Positions 9,292 through 18,857 of a DNA stretch of 59,886 nucleotides are shown in pieces. This stretch comes from an archaeon. GTDB lineage: Archaea; Iainarchaeota; Iainarchaeia; Iainarchaeales; 0-14-0-20-34-12. Position numbers and translations under genes: made by a program. The DNA lies in contig JBBSVU010000005.1 in assembly GCA_038046645.1 (NCBI GenBank), positions 1 to 59,886 of the forward strand. Direction: 5' to 3'. The notes beneath the pieces are model-generated. The model had not been told where the DNA came from, searched no databases, and saw nothing but the letters and a program-made list of their open reading frames with translations. Within the stretch, counting starts at the first letter, position 1; each line of letters begins with the position of its first letter.

Positions 9292-10029
9292 ATGCCTATT
9301 CTAAATAAAGCTGAACGATTCTTTGAATTGGATTTCCTAAGGGGCATAGCCATCTTTATGATGATGGCTTTTCATACTTTATGGGATTTAAATTACTTCA
9401 AAATTACGACTTTTTTGCTTTATGAAGGCTTTTTTGGGATATTCCAGAAGGTTACAGCAGGCCTGTTCATTTTCCTTGTTGGCATCTGTTTGACAATAAG
9501 CTATGAAAGGTGTTTGCAAAGAAATGAAGATTATAAAACACATTTTTTAAAGCGCGGGTTGAAGGTTTTTGGCTATGGCCTTTTAATCACAATTTTCACA
9601 TTTTTTGCTTTCCCCAATAATTTCATTTATTTTGGAATTTTGCATTTTATCAGTATTTCAATTTTGCTTTCAATTTTTTTTATAAAATTAAAAGATAAAA
9701 ATTTACTGTTAGCAATTCTTCTATTTTTAATTTATCCCCTAATCAGGTCAATTTCCCTGCCTTTCCCTTACCTATTAGCCCTTTGGCCGAATTATTATCT
9801 GCCAACATTTGATTATTTTCCTTTGCTTGAATGGTTTCCAATATTTTTGCTAGGCCTGTTTTTCGGCCAGAAACTTTATCCTAATGGAGTTCCAAAAATA
9901 AAATTAGACTTTTCAAAATTCTCCTTTTTTAAGCCAGTGAATTATCTAGGGCGGCATTCCCTTTTCCTTTATTTTATACATCAACCTATTTTGGTTGTTT
10001 TAATCTGGCTTGTTTCCGGTTTTAGTTAG
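9292..10029 (+). CDS. DUF1624 / heparan-alpha-glucosaminide N-acetyltransferase-like membrane protein
   Basis: RFFELDFLRGIAIFMM, FGILHFI, DYFPLLEW and LGRHSLFLYFIHQP. Confidence 0.85.
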   Translation: MPILNKAERFFELDFLRGIAIFMMMAFHTLWDLNYFKITTFLLYEGFFGIFQKVTAGLFIFLVGICLTISYERCLQRNEDYKTHFLKRGLKVFGYGLLITIFTFFAFPNNFIYFGILHFISISILLSIFFIKLKDKNLLLAILLFLIYPLIRSISLPFPYLLALWPNYYLPTFDYFPLLEWFPIFLLGLFFGQKLYPNGVPKIKLDFSKFSFFKPVNYLGRHSLFLYFIHQPILVVLIWLVSGFS

Positions 10030-11347
10030 AATGCCTCACATTCTTCTTCGCAAGAGCTTCCCCAACAACAAAACAGCTGCCGCAGACAAGCACAATATCA
10101 TCTTTTTCTGCTTCTTTTTGCGCTCTTTTCACTGCTAACTTTACATTTCTTTCTAAAATTAGACCAATTCCATCTTTTTTGCCGGTTTTTTTGATTTTAT
10201 TTTTCCCCAAAATCTTCTTAATTTCTTTTCCCAAAATTTTCATATCCAAGCCGCGGTATTTTGCCTGAGTAATATAAACCTTCTTTGGAATTTGTAGAAT
10301 TTCTTTTAGCATTTTCTGGTATTCCTTGTCAGAAGAAACACCAAAAACCAGAATTATTTTTTTATTGCCAAACAGCTGTTTTATTGTATCTGCTAGATTC
10401 TTTATTGCTTCAGGATTGTGCGCATTGTCAAAAATAAGCAACGGATTTTTCCTCCTTATGTCAAATCTGCCAGCCATTTCTGCTTCTTTTAACCCTGTTC
10501 TAATCGCTTTTTCACTTAATCCTATCTGCTGTGCTATTGCGATAGCAATTGCTGCGCTTGCAAACTGCCTTTTCCCAACCAAGGCAATTTTCAAATTCTC
10601 TAAATCCTCAAAATCTGCTTTTTTTGCATTTGCCTTAAAATCAAAATTCATTTTGTGCATTTGCATCTGCTGTTTATTGCAGAAGAAATCTTTTCCATAA
10701 TTAAACAATTCGGCATTTTTCTCCATGCAGATTTTTTTTATTTCTGCAAGTGCACTTTTATTCTCAACAGCAGTAAATATTTTTGTATTTTTGTCAATTA
10801 TCCCTGCTTTCTCCCTAGCGATTTTTCTTGTGGTGCTGCCAAGAATCTGTTTGTGTTCTACAGAAACCGAAGTTATTGCGGAATATTTTGCTTGCAGGAC
10901 ATTAGTTGCATCTAGCCTTCCACCCAATCCGACTTCAAGGACAATTGCTTCACATTTTTTGTCAGAGAAATATTTCAAAGCAAGCAATGTAAGAAATTCA
11001 AAATAGCTTAATTCAACAGAATTTTTTTCCAAAATCTCTTTTAATTCAAGAATTCTTGTGCACAATTCTGCTTCAGAAATGTATTCTCCATCAATCTGGA
11101 TTCTTTCGCCAAAATCCACAATATGCGGGCTTAGGTATAACCCAGTTTTATATCCTGCATTTTCAAAAATTCTTGCGAGCAGGCATGCACAGGAGCCTTT
11201 TCCATTAGTGCCTGCTACCTTTACAACAAGCATTTTCTTTAATTTAATTAGTTTGATGGCTTTTCCCATTCGCTCAAGCCCGAGCCTTATGCCTCTGCCT
11301 TCCAGCTTGCGGAGATAGGCGAATGATGCTCTATTTTTTTCTTTCAT
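10022..11347 (-). CDS. folC: Folylpolyglutamate/dihydrofolate synthase
   Basis: VAGTNGKGS, YLSPHI, LEVGLGGRLDATN, DNAHNP and VCGSCFVVGE. Confidence 0.92.
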   Translation of the reverse strand: MKEKNRASFAYLRKLEGRGIRLGLERMGKAIKLIKLKKMLVVKVAGTNGKGSCACLLARIFENAGYKTGLYLSPHIVDFGERIQIDGEYISEAELCTRILELKEILEKNSVELSYFEFLTLLALKYFSDKKCEAIVLEVGLGGRLDATNVLQAKYSAITSVSVEHKQILGSTTRKIAREKAGIIDKNTKIFTAVENKSALAEIKKICMEKNAELFNYGKDFFCNKQQMQMHKMNFDFKANAKKADFEDLENLKIALVGKRQFASAAIAIAIAQQIGLSEKAIRTGLKEAEMAGRFDIRRKNPLLIFDNAHNPEAIKNLADTIKQLFGNKKIILVFGVSSDKEYQKMLKEILQIPKKVYITQAKYRGLDMKILGKEIKKILGKNKIKKTGKKDGIGLILERNVKLAVKRAQKEAEKDDIVLVCGSCFVVGEALAKKNVRHSN

Positions 11348-11437
11348 ATTAACCTATATGTGATTATTGTCCTAATTAGTTTAATAAACACAAAATAACT
11401 TAATATTATTGAAATTTCTTTTTTTAAGGGTGGAACT

Positions 11438-12163
11438 ATGGATAAGGTTTACATAATATTTGGTTCAAAGTCTGATTTTGAGGTTTATGAATCGGTTTTC
11501 AAGGAATTGAAAGAAAGAAAAGTACAAAGTACATTCAAAACATTTTCAGCGCACCGTGAGCCAAAGCAGCTGTTAGAATATTTATCCATTGAAAATCCGA
11601 AGTTAATTATTGCAGGCGCAGGTTTGTCTGCAGCCCTGCCAGGCTTCCTTGTATCACATTGTGATGCAACTGTTATAGGAATCCCGGTTTCAGCAAATTA
11701 TTCCGGTTTGGATGCACTATTAAGCACTCATCAAATGCCTTCAGGCATTCCTGTTTTGGGTGCAGGAATAAATTGTGCCAAGCAAGCTGCAGAATATGCT
11801 GAATTAATTTTCAAAAGAAAATTTTCAAAGATTATCCTTGTAAAACGAAGCAATGCTGAAGCAATCCAGAATGCAATGAAAAAGGCAGTGGAAAAATTCA
11901 CGGCTGAAAATATGGCTTTTGAAACAATTTCCGAGCCAAAATATTCTGATGAAACTGCTATCTATATTGATTTTGTTGAATTGGATAAGGTTAAGGAAGT
12001 GGACAATAAATGCAAATTTGCCTTGTTTGTGCCAGTAAAGCTTGAAAGCAATGAAAGGGATTCATTGAAATTGCTTGATTTGACAAAGAAAGGGTTGTGG
12101 TTAGGGCTTAATAGGGGAGATAATGCCGCATTAGCAGCAATTAAATTGCTTAAGCAGAAATAG
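11438..12163 (+). CDS. purE: PurE (AIR carboxylase/N5-CAIR mutase) with an extra C-terminal PurE-like half
   Basis: IFGSKSD, SAHREP, IAGAGLSAALPG, GLDALLSTHQMPSGIPV. Lies next to purC and purB. Confidence 0.85.
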   Translation: MDKVYIIFGSKSDFEVYESVFKELKERKVQSTFKTFSAHREPKQLLEYLSIENPKLIIAGAGLSAALPGFLVSHCDATVIGIPVSANYSGLDALLSTHQMPSGIPVLGAGINCAKQAAEYAELIFKRKFSKIILVKRSNAEAIQNAMKKAVEKFTAENMAFETISEPKYSDETAIYIDFVELDKVKEVDNKCKFALFVPVKLESNERDSLKLLDLTKKGLWLGLNRGDNAALAAIKLLKQK

Positions 12164-12210
12164 CTGAAAGCAAGAAAGTATTAAAATACCCTTTTCCCTT
12201 ATTTTCTATT

Positions 12211-13161
12211 ATGGGCTCAGTAAAAGACCTGAAATTATTGGAAAAACCTTCCTCATCTAAAGAAGGTTTGGGTATTTTTTATTTTACTGATGATTATTCT
12301 GTTTTTGATTATGGCAAAATGCCTGATACAATCCCTGATAAAGGCGCTGCTTTGTGCAGAATGTCTGCCTATAATTTTGAACAACTGAAAAGAATTGGGA
12401 TAAAAAGTCATTTCTTGGAATTAGTAAGCAACAATGAAATGAAAGTGAAATTAGTCCGTGTTTTAGACCCTAAAAAATTTGATTTATCAAAAGAAAAAGG
12501 CAATTATTTAGTTCCTTTGGAAGTTATATTCAGGAATTCTTTGCCAAGCGGCTCTTCTCTGTTGAAGAGATTGAACAATAAAGAAGTTACACTTGCGGAT
12601 TTGGGGTTAAAAGAAATGCCAAGAGAAGGCACAAAATTAAAAGACCCTATTCTGGATGTCAGCACAAAGCTTGAGGAAAAAGACCGCTATTTGAAATGGG
12701 CAGAAGCCCAGGCAATGTCAGGTTTGCCGGATAAAAAATTTCAGGAATTAAAAGAAACAGCATTAAAGGTAAATGAATTTCTTACTGAAAAAGCAGATTC
12801 TATCGGTTTGGAGCATGCTGATGGAAAGATTGAATTTGGTGTGAGTGCTAATTCAGATTTAATGATTGTTGATGTTTTAGGCACATTAGATGAAAACCGT
12901 TTCCTGTACAATGGCATTCACCTAAGCAAGCAGGTTTTGAGGGATTATTATAATCTAACTCCATGGAAGGAAGAATACCTGAAAAAAGGCAAATCAATAA
13001 CTCCGCCAAGGCTGCCAAAACAACTAATAACAATTGCATCTAATATGTACAAGGCTGTAGCAGAGGCATGGATAGATAAAAAAATCTGGAATGTCCCAAA
13101 AATTGAAAAAGTCGTAGAGGATTATGAATTATTTTTGGAAAATACGCAAAAAATGATTTGA
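12211..13161 (+). CDS. purC: SAICAR synthetase
   Basis: MGSVKD, FTDDYSVFDYG, PLEVIFRN, STKLEEKD, DGKIEFG and DVLGTLDENRF. Confidence 0.95.
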   Translation: MGSVKDLKLLEKPSSSKEGLGIFYFTDDYSVFDYGKMPDTIPDKGAALCRMSAYNFEQLKRIGIKSHFLELVSNNEMKVKLVRVLDPKKFDLSKEKGNYLVPLEVIFRNSLPSGSSLLKRLNNKEVTLADLGLKEMPREGTKLKDPILDVSTKLEEKDRYLKWAEAQAMSGLPDKKFQELKETALKVNEFLTEKADSIGLEHADGKIEFGVSANSDLMIVDVLGTLDENRFLYNGIHLSKQVLRDYYNLTPWKEEYLKKGKSITPPRLPKQLITIASNMYKAVAEAWIDKKIWNVPKIEKVVEDYELFLENTQKMI

Positions 13162-13184
13162 ATTAATGATTTAAGGAAAAGCCG

Positions 13185-14582
13185 GTGAAAAAGATGGAAG
13201 ATATTTTTGATTTTGTAAACCCACTTGATTTTAGGTATTATGGAAGGAATGAAAAACTGAAACAGGATTTGGGAAAATATTTCTCAGAAAATGCGCGCAT
13301 AAAATACCAGGCAAGGGTTGAATTAGCTTTAATAAAAGCGCTTGCAAAAAGGAAAATATGTTCACAGAAAGCAGTTGATGAAACCAAAAAAGCCATTGAG
13401 AAGGTTACGGCAAAAGAGGTTTATGAGGAAGAAGACAAAATAAAGCATGACATAAGAGCTTTGGTAAATTGCATCAGGAATTATGTTTCTGAAGATTCAA
13501 AAAGATTCATCCATTTGGGCATGACAAGCAATGATGTCATAAATACTGCAGATTCCTTGCGCTTCAAGGATGCTGCTTTTGAGATTTTATTGCCTGAATT
13601 GAAAAGGCTCGAAAAAACTTTGATTGATATTTCATTAAGGGAAAAATCAACCCTGCAGATTGGAAGGACACACGGCCAGCATGCCGAGCCAATCACCTTT
13701 GGCTTTGCCCTATCTTCTTATGTGCACAGGCTAGGGGAAAGAATTTTACAAATTGAAATTGCAGCAAATAACCTTAAAGGGAAAATAGCCGGTGCTGTTG
13801 GTGCTTATAATGCTAGCTTCCTTTTAATTAAAGATCCTGTTGAATTTGAAAAAGATGTTTTGAAAGAGCTTGGTTTAGAAGCAAGCTTGCATTCAACCCA
13901 GATTGTGCCGCCTGAATATTTGCTTGATTTGCTGCATGCAATAAACTCAGCTATGGGCGTTTTGGCAAACCTTGCTGATGATTTAAGGCATTTGCAAAGA
14001 AGTGAAATTTCTGAAGTATATGAATTCTTTGAAGAAAAGCAGGTTGGATCTTCAACTATGCCACATAAAAGAAACCCGATAAATTTTGAGAATGTAAAAA
14101 GCTTCTGGAAGGAGTTCATGCCAAGAGCCATTACATTTTACATGGACCAGATTTCAGAGCATCAAAGGGACCTGACAAACTCAGCTTCTTTGCGTTTTAT
14201 GCAGGAAAATTTTATTGCTTTATATCTGATGTCTTCCCGCCTGAATAAATCCATTGGCAAATTAAAAGTGGATAAGGAAAATATGCTGAAAAATTTCAAT
14301 ATGTCAGTAAAAATGATTCCAGCAGAACCGCTGTATATCCTGCTTTCATTCCACGGGCACAAAAATGCGCATGAGAAAGTAAGGGAATTGACATTGAAAG
14401 CTGAGCAGAACAAAACAGAGTTGCTTGAGGAAGCACGCAAGGATAAGGAGCTTGCAGACTCCTTAAAAAAATTCTCAAAAGAACAGATTGCAGTAATTGA
14501 GAATCCTAAATTGTACACAGGATTGGCTGAAAAGAAAACCGAAATTGTGTGCAATTACTGGAAGAAAAAAATCAATTTGTGA
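13185..14582 (+). CDS. purB: Adenylosuccinate lyase
   Basis: GTG start. HLGMTSND, GRTHGQHAEP and the lyase signature GSSTMPHKRNP. Confidence 0.95.
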   Translation: MKKMEDIFDFVNPLDFRYYGRNEKLKQDLGKYFSENARIKYQARVELALIKALAKRKICSQKAVDETKKAIEKVTAKEVYEEEDKIKHDIRALVNCIRNYVSEDSKRFIHLGMTSNDVINTADSLRFKDAAFEILLPELKRLEKTLIDISLREKSTLQIGRTHGQHAEPITFGFALSSYVHRLGERILQIEIAANNLKGKIAGAVGAYNASFLLIKDPVEFEKDVLKELGLEASLHSTQIVPPEYLLDLLHAINSAMGVLANLADDLRHLQRSEISEVYEFFEEKQVGSSTMPHKRNPINFENVKSFWKEFMPRAITFYMDQISEHQRDLTNSASLRFMQENFIALYLMSSRLNKSIGKLKVDKENMLKNFNMSVKMIPAEPLYILLSFHGHKNAHEKVRELTLKAEQNKTELLEEARKDKELADSLKKFSKEQIAVIENPKLYTGLAEKKTEIVCNYWKKKINL

Positions 14583-14727
14583 GTTTAACACAAGCTTTAT
14601 TTATTCAAATTCATCTTATTCTGCCCATTTTTTATAAAATATTTATTTTCCCTATTATAAATACTCTATTTATTTCACCTATTATCTTTACTGATTTTTT
14701 TTATTTATCAAAAAACAAGTATAATAT

Positions 14728-14859
14728 ATGGCAGCAGCTTTCGTTACGTATTTTCTCTGGTTTACAATCTTTGTGATAGGTTTGCTTATCGGCAGAATAA
14801 CAATGGCAATACAAATGGAAGTTATGAAACGAGATGTTGAAGACTTAAAAAATAATTAG
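14728..14859 (+). CDS. Small single-TM protein (43 aa), missing from the ORF track
   Basis: MAAAFVTYFLWFTIFVIGLLIGRITMAIQMEVMKRDVEDLKNN*, after an AT-rich promoter-like region. Confidence 0.55.
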   Translation: MAAAFVTYFLWFTIFVIGLLIGRITMAIQMEVMKRDVEDLKNN

Positions 14860-15743
14860 TTTTTCTGCTCTAATTTTTTAGTTATTGACCAATCTATAAG
14901 CACTTCAGAAACCCTGATGATGCTTTTTTTAATTCTTTTAGTGTAACATGCCTGTGTTGCTAGTTTTGGTTCTTCCAAATTAAGTGCTTTTTCAATAAAG
15001 CCTATCGCATTTCTGCAGCTTAATTCATTATCCACAGGCAAGGTTTCAAGTATTACATGCAATGCTTCTATTAAATCCAAAACAGATTTGAGAAATTCTT
15101 TTTCTGTACTTTTTATTATAATTAAACTGTCCACCATTGTCTCAAGGCTGCGGGCAATCATTGTCATATAAAACAAATCAATTGACCTTGTTTTTTCGAG
15201 CCTAGCATCTGACAATGCAGTAATCATTGCCTTGTCTATCAATATCTTAGCTTTATCAACTTCCTCCTCATATTTCTCCATAGCTAAGACATCATAATTA
15301 TTTATCATTAAAAAAAGCAGTGCCTTTATTTTCCTGACTAAAGTATTAAGCAGTGAAGAAGGGTTGTTAATTGCAATATTTGATTCGCAGAATATTGCGT
15401 TTTTCTCTATCTCGATGAAATCAACGTTAAACAACCTTTTTTGAGTAAGCAATTTTGACAAATCAATGTTCTTGTCAAAATCAAGCCTGAAAGATTTCAT
15501 TGGATTAATATAACAGGCCATCAAGATTTTTTCAATTACATCTATCTTGTTTGTCCTTATGTCTAATTTCAAGTCCTTTCCTTGTTTAGTTATAATTTGG
15601 GGGTATATAATTAATTCATTGGAAGGCCCTTCATCAAGGCTGACATTTGAATTTGAAGTAATTTTATTCTGCTTGCACCAGCTGGTTGGCAAGTAGACAT
15701 AATGCATGTTCCCTGTCTTTTGAACCTTTCTTATGTCAACCAT
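14856..15743 (-). CDS. Archaeal AbrB-PhoU phosphate-uptake regulator family protein
   Basis: N-terminal RKVQKTGNMHYVYLPTSWCK (AbrB-like), helical PhoU-like C-terminus (EEEVDK...ARSLETMVD). Confidence 0.8.
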   Translation of the reverse strand: MVDIRKVQKTGNMHYVYLPTSWCKQNKITSNSNVSLDEGPSNELIIYPQIITKQGKDLKLDIRTNKIDVIEKILMACYINPMKSFRLDFDKNIDLSKLLTQKRLFNVDFIEIEKNAIFCESNIAINNPSSLLNTLVRKIKALLFLMINNYDVLAMEKYEEEVDKAKILIDKAMITALSDARLEKTRSIDLFYMTMIARSLETMVDSLIIIKSTEKEFLKSVLDLIEALHVILETLPVDNELSCRNAIGFIEKALNLEEPKLATQACYTKRIKKSIIRVSEVLIDWSITKKLEQKN

Positions 15744-15777
15744 ATATAGGTATGCTAAATAGTACTATTTATAAACC

Positions 15778-15832
15778 ATATATTTATGCCTTTATTATAA
15801 ATTTTTGCAATATTTAAAAGGCATATATATAT
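15778..15832. promoter_or_regulatory. 16-bp imperfect inverted repeat in a divergent promoter (back-to-back BRE/TATA or an operator)
   Basis: atatatttatgccttt (15778-15793) versus aaaggcatatatatat (15817-15832), 15/16 complementary. Confidence 0.5.
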
Positions 15833-15897
15833 ATTATTTGGTGTTTGCAAATTATAATCTTTGAAGATTTATTCAGATACTAAAAGGAGGTAATTTT

Positions 15898-16224
15898 ATG
15901 AGAAAAATTGTAGCATTGCTTTTTATTCTAATGATTTTTGGAATGATTACATCTGTGAGTGCATTGATTTGTGAAATAAGGCCAAAAGACAAAGTTGCAA
16001 TTGATGTGGTTCATGCACCGAAAGACAAAGTTGCAATTGATGTGGTTCATACGCCAAAAGATACGCAGAAATTGATGATAGTGAAACCAAAAGATAAGGT
16101 TGCTATAGAAGTTGGATGCAAGCCAAAAGGCAAATCAAACAGCACTATATCAATTACAAAACTACACAAACCAAGCCAAAAAGAAATTAAAGGAATTACT
16201 ATTTGGAAATCGCCTATGGATTAA
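15898..16224 (+). CDS. Small secreted tandem-repeat protein
   Basis: Strong SD AAAGGAGGT, signal peptide (...TSVSA) and PKDKVAIDVVH-type repeats. Confidence 0.8.
   Translation: MRKIVALLFILMIFGMITSVSALICEIRPKDKVAIDVVHAPKDKVAIDVVHTPKDTQKLMIVKPKDKVAIEVGCKPKGKSNSTISITKLHKPSQKEIKGITIWKSPMD
15983..16126 (+). repeat. Coding tandem repeat, 33-36 nt units
   Basis: Two near-identical ccaaaagacaaagttgcaattgatgtggttcat units, followed by two degenerate ccaaaagat... units. Confidence 0.85.
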
Positions 16225-16236
16225 ATGTTAATCTCT

Positions 16237-16270
16237 AGCCTTTGAAAGAAACCAAAGGCTTTTTATTTTT
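16237..16270 (+). terminator. Hairpin plus T-tract terminator
   Basis: agcctttg-aaagaaac-caaaggct followed by ttttattttt. Confidence 0.65.
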
Positions 16271-16290
16271 CTTCTTCTTATTCTTTTATC

Positions 16291-17679
16291 ATGATTTCTG
16301 TTTACAATACCCTTTCAGGCAAAAAGGAAGAATTCAAGCCAATAGAGAAAGGTAAAATTCGGATGTATGTCTGCGGCCCGACTGTTTATGGCCCAGCACA
16401 TTTAGGGCATGCCCGCACATATGTTGCCTTTGACATTATTAGAAGATATTTGGAGTTTATGGGATATGAAGTCAAATTTGTTGTAAATATTACAGATATA
16501 CATGATGATATAATAAAAAGGGCAAATGAGTTGAATATTAATTTCCTGGAACTGACAACGAAATTTACTGAAAATTATTTTAGGAATATGAAATCATTGA
16601 AGATAAAGGATGCTTCTATCTGCCCCAAGGTAACTGATAATATCCCGGAAATCATCCAGATTGTAAAAACCCTGAAGGATAAAGGATATGCCTATGAGAC
16701 TGAAGATGGTGTTTATTTCAATGTTGCAAAAATGGCAGATTATGGAAAGCTTTCTCACATAAAAATTTCAAAGCAGAAAACAGGTACAAGGGTTGAAACA
16801 GATAAGTATGAAAAAGAAGAAGCCAGAGATTTTGCTTTATGGAAGAAACAAAAGCCAAATGAACCTTTCTGGGATTCACCTTTTGGCCAAGGAAGGCCGG
16901 GCTGGCATATTGAATGCTCGGCATTAAGCACAAAATATTTGGGGCTTCAGATAGATATTCATGGCGGCGCAAGGGATTTGATATTCCCGCACCACGAGAA
17001 TGAAATAGCGCAGAGTGAATGCTGCTTTGGGAAAAAGCCATTTGTGAAATATTGGCTGCATTCTGGGTTTTTGACTGTTTCAGGGCAGAAAATGTCAAAG
17101 AGTTTGGGAAATTATATTGTTGTTGAGGATTTGCTAAAGGAATATTCTGCCGAGGAATTCCGTTTCTTTATTGCACAGTCGCATTACCGCAGCCCTATTA
17201 ATTTCTCAAAAGAGGAAATGAAGAAATCAAGAAATGCATTAAATGGGCTGAATGAATTTATTCAAAGGCTTTTGGATCTTCAAAATTCAGGTTCTTTGAG
17301 CATAATTAAGGATGTTAATTTAGCCAGGAAAAATTTCATAAAAGAAATGGATTCGGATTTTAATCTGCCAAAAGCATGGGTGCATTTGTTTAAGCTAGAA
17401 TCCTTAATTAACAAAAAAATAGCCGAAGGAAAATTTACAAAGGAAGATTCTACCTGTGCTATCCAATTCTTCAAGGATGTTGATAAATTCCTGCAGGTTT
17501 TTTCATTTGAGAAAAAAGAGTTTGAATTATCGGCTGAAGAGAAATCCTCGGTAGAAAAAAGGAATGAATTAAGGAACCAGAAAAAATGGGAAGAATCTGA
17601 TGAAATAAGGCAGGAATTGCTGAAAAAAGGCATTGAATTGGATGATACCAAGGAAGGCACTAAGTGGAAAAGGATTTAA
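16291..17679 (+). CDS. cysS: Cysteinyl-tRNA synthetase
   Basis: MYVCGPTVY, HLGH, GRPGWHIECS, DIHGGARDLIFPHHENE and KMSKS. Confidence 0.98.
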   Translation: MISVYNTLSGKKEEFKPIEKGKIRMYVCGPTVYGPAHLGHARTYVAFDIIRRYLEFMGYEVKFVVNITDIHDDIIKRANELNINFLELTTKFTENYFRNMKSLKIKDASICPKVTDNIPEIIQIVKTLKDKGYAYETEDGVYFNVAKMADYGKLSHIKISKQKTGTRVETDKYEKEEARDFALWKKQKPNEPFWDSPFGQGRPGWHIECSALSTKYLGLQIDIHGGARDLIFPHHENEIAQSECCFGKKPFVKYWLHSGFLTVSGQKMSKSLGNYIVVEDLLKEYSAEEFRFFIAQSHYRSPINFSKEEMKKSRNALNGLNEFIQRLLDLQNSGSLSIIKDVNLARKNFIKEMDSDFNLPKAWVHLFKLESLINKKIAEGKFTKEDSTCAIQFFKDVDKFLQVFSFEKKEFELSAEEKSSVEKRNELRNQKKWEESDEIRQELLKKGIELDDTKEGTKWKRI

Positions 17680-17751
17680 CCTAAATGAATTGTATATTTT
17701 ATTAATTTGTTTTAAATTTAATGGTTTAATTTTAAGAAAGAAGGGTATTTT

Positions 17752-18165
17752 ATGAATAAAATTTTTGCATTAGTGATATTATTTATCTTAGCCTTGCTTC
17801 TTTCCGGTTGCGTGCAGCAGCCAAGTTCACAGGAAAATAGCCAAAACAGCGCTGTTGCTGACCAGAAACAAGGCACAGTTGTTGCACAGTCTGGAGAAGT
17901 TATTGTAACCATAAAAGAGTTTGTATTTGAGCCAAAAGAAATAGTAATCAAAAAAGGGTCAACAGTAAAATGGGTAAATGAAGATGCTTCTCCACACCTT
18001 ATTGCATCTAATCCCCATCCAGTCCATACTGACTTGCCTGAATTGGTATCAAATGAATTAAATAAAGGGGAAGAACACAGCTTTACATTTACGAAAACAG
18101 GAACATTTGGCTATCATTGTCACATACACCCGGCAATGAAAGGTTCAGTAACTGTTGTGGATTAG
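17752..18165 (+). CDS. Cupredoxin (plastocyanin/azurin-like) lipoprotein
   Basis: LSGC lipobox. Type-1 copper ligands in ASPH and YHCHIHPAM. Confidence 0.9.
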   Translation: MNKIFALVILFILALLLSGCVQQPSSQENSQNSAVADQKQGTVVAQSGEVIVTIKEFVFEPKEIVIKKGSTVKWVNEDASPHLIASNPHPVHTDLPELVSNELNKGEEHSFTFTKTGTFGYHCHIHPAMKGSVTVVD

Positions 18166-18172
18166 ATTATAT

Positions 18173-18385
18173 ATGTTTGAAGATATTTCTTATATGCCAA
18201 TATTTGGGATACCTCTAATTGTTTATTTAGGTATCCTTACCCTTACTTCCTTTGCCATAACTGCCTGTTTAGGCATGCTTGTATTGCGGGGAAAAGTAAA
18301 ATTTAAGTACCATAAATTAATGGCTATTATTTCAATTAGCATTGCAGTTATCCATGGATCATTAGGGTTGCTGGCATATCTCTAA
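18173..18385 (+). CDS. Small two-TM membrane protein with His residues
   Basis: MFEDIS start, two hydrophobic helices, KYHKLM and VIHGSL. Confidence 0.65.
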   Translation: MFEDISYMPIFGIPLIVYLGILTLTSFAITACLGMLVLRGKVKFKYHKLMAIISISIAVIHGSLGLLAYL

Positions 18386-18768
18386 TATTTATTTAATCTA
18401 TCTATTTGATGGCATCTTTTTGCATTTTTATTGTATTTTTTTGCCCAGTTTAATATTTCATTCGTAACATTTATCAATTCTCGGCCTTTTTTTGCCAGTG
18501 TGTATTCTACTGAAGGAGTAGGCATAGGCATTATCAGCTTCTTTTCAATAATGCCGAATTTTGCCAGCTCAGAAAGCCTTTTTGAAAGTATTCTTGGGGT
18601 TATTGGAAAAAGTTCTTTTTGCAATTCATTAAAACCAAGCTTCTTTTTCTGCAGCAATTCAAGTATTATCGGCAGAACCCATTTCTTGCTGATTATGCGT
18701 AGGGTTTGGTTTATTATGCAGGAATCTATTTCATATTTTGATTTATTCCTGCAAAGAGAGCATTTCAT
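18382..18768 (-). CDS. HxlR-family winged-helix regulator
   Basis: C(x)...IISKKWVLPIILEL...GFNEL...ITPRILSKRLSEL...VEYTLAKKG. Confidence 0.9.
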   Translation of the reverse strand: MKCSLCRNKSKYEIDSCIINQTLRIISKKWVLPIILELLQKKKLGFNELQKELFPITPRILSKRLSELAKFGIIEKKLIMPMPTPSVEYTLAKKGRELINVTNEILNWAKKYNKNAKRCHQIDRLNKY

Positions 18769-18806
18769 GCACTATCCTCTTGGATATTGGCCATTAATAA
18801 GCAGCC

Positions 18807-18829
18807 AACGCTATATTTAGTATAGCGTT
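18807..18829. promoter_or_regulatory. Palindromic candidate operator between divergent HxlR and hemerythrin genes
   Basis: aacgctata-tttag-tatagcgtt, perfect 9-bp arms. Confidence 0.6.
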
Positions 18830-18857
18830 ATTGTTTATAATTTTAATGGTGATTTTT

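Noticed and set aside
15983-16126. 36-nt direct repeats as a CRISPR array
   Set aside because: The units are contiguous with no unique spacers, keep the reading frame and lie in a gene with an SD and signal peptide. No cas genes are in the window.
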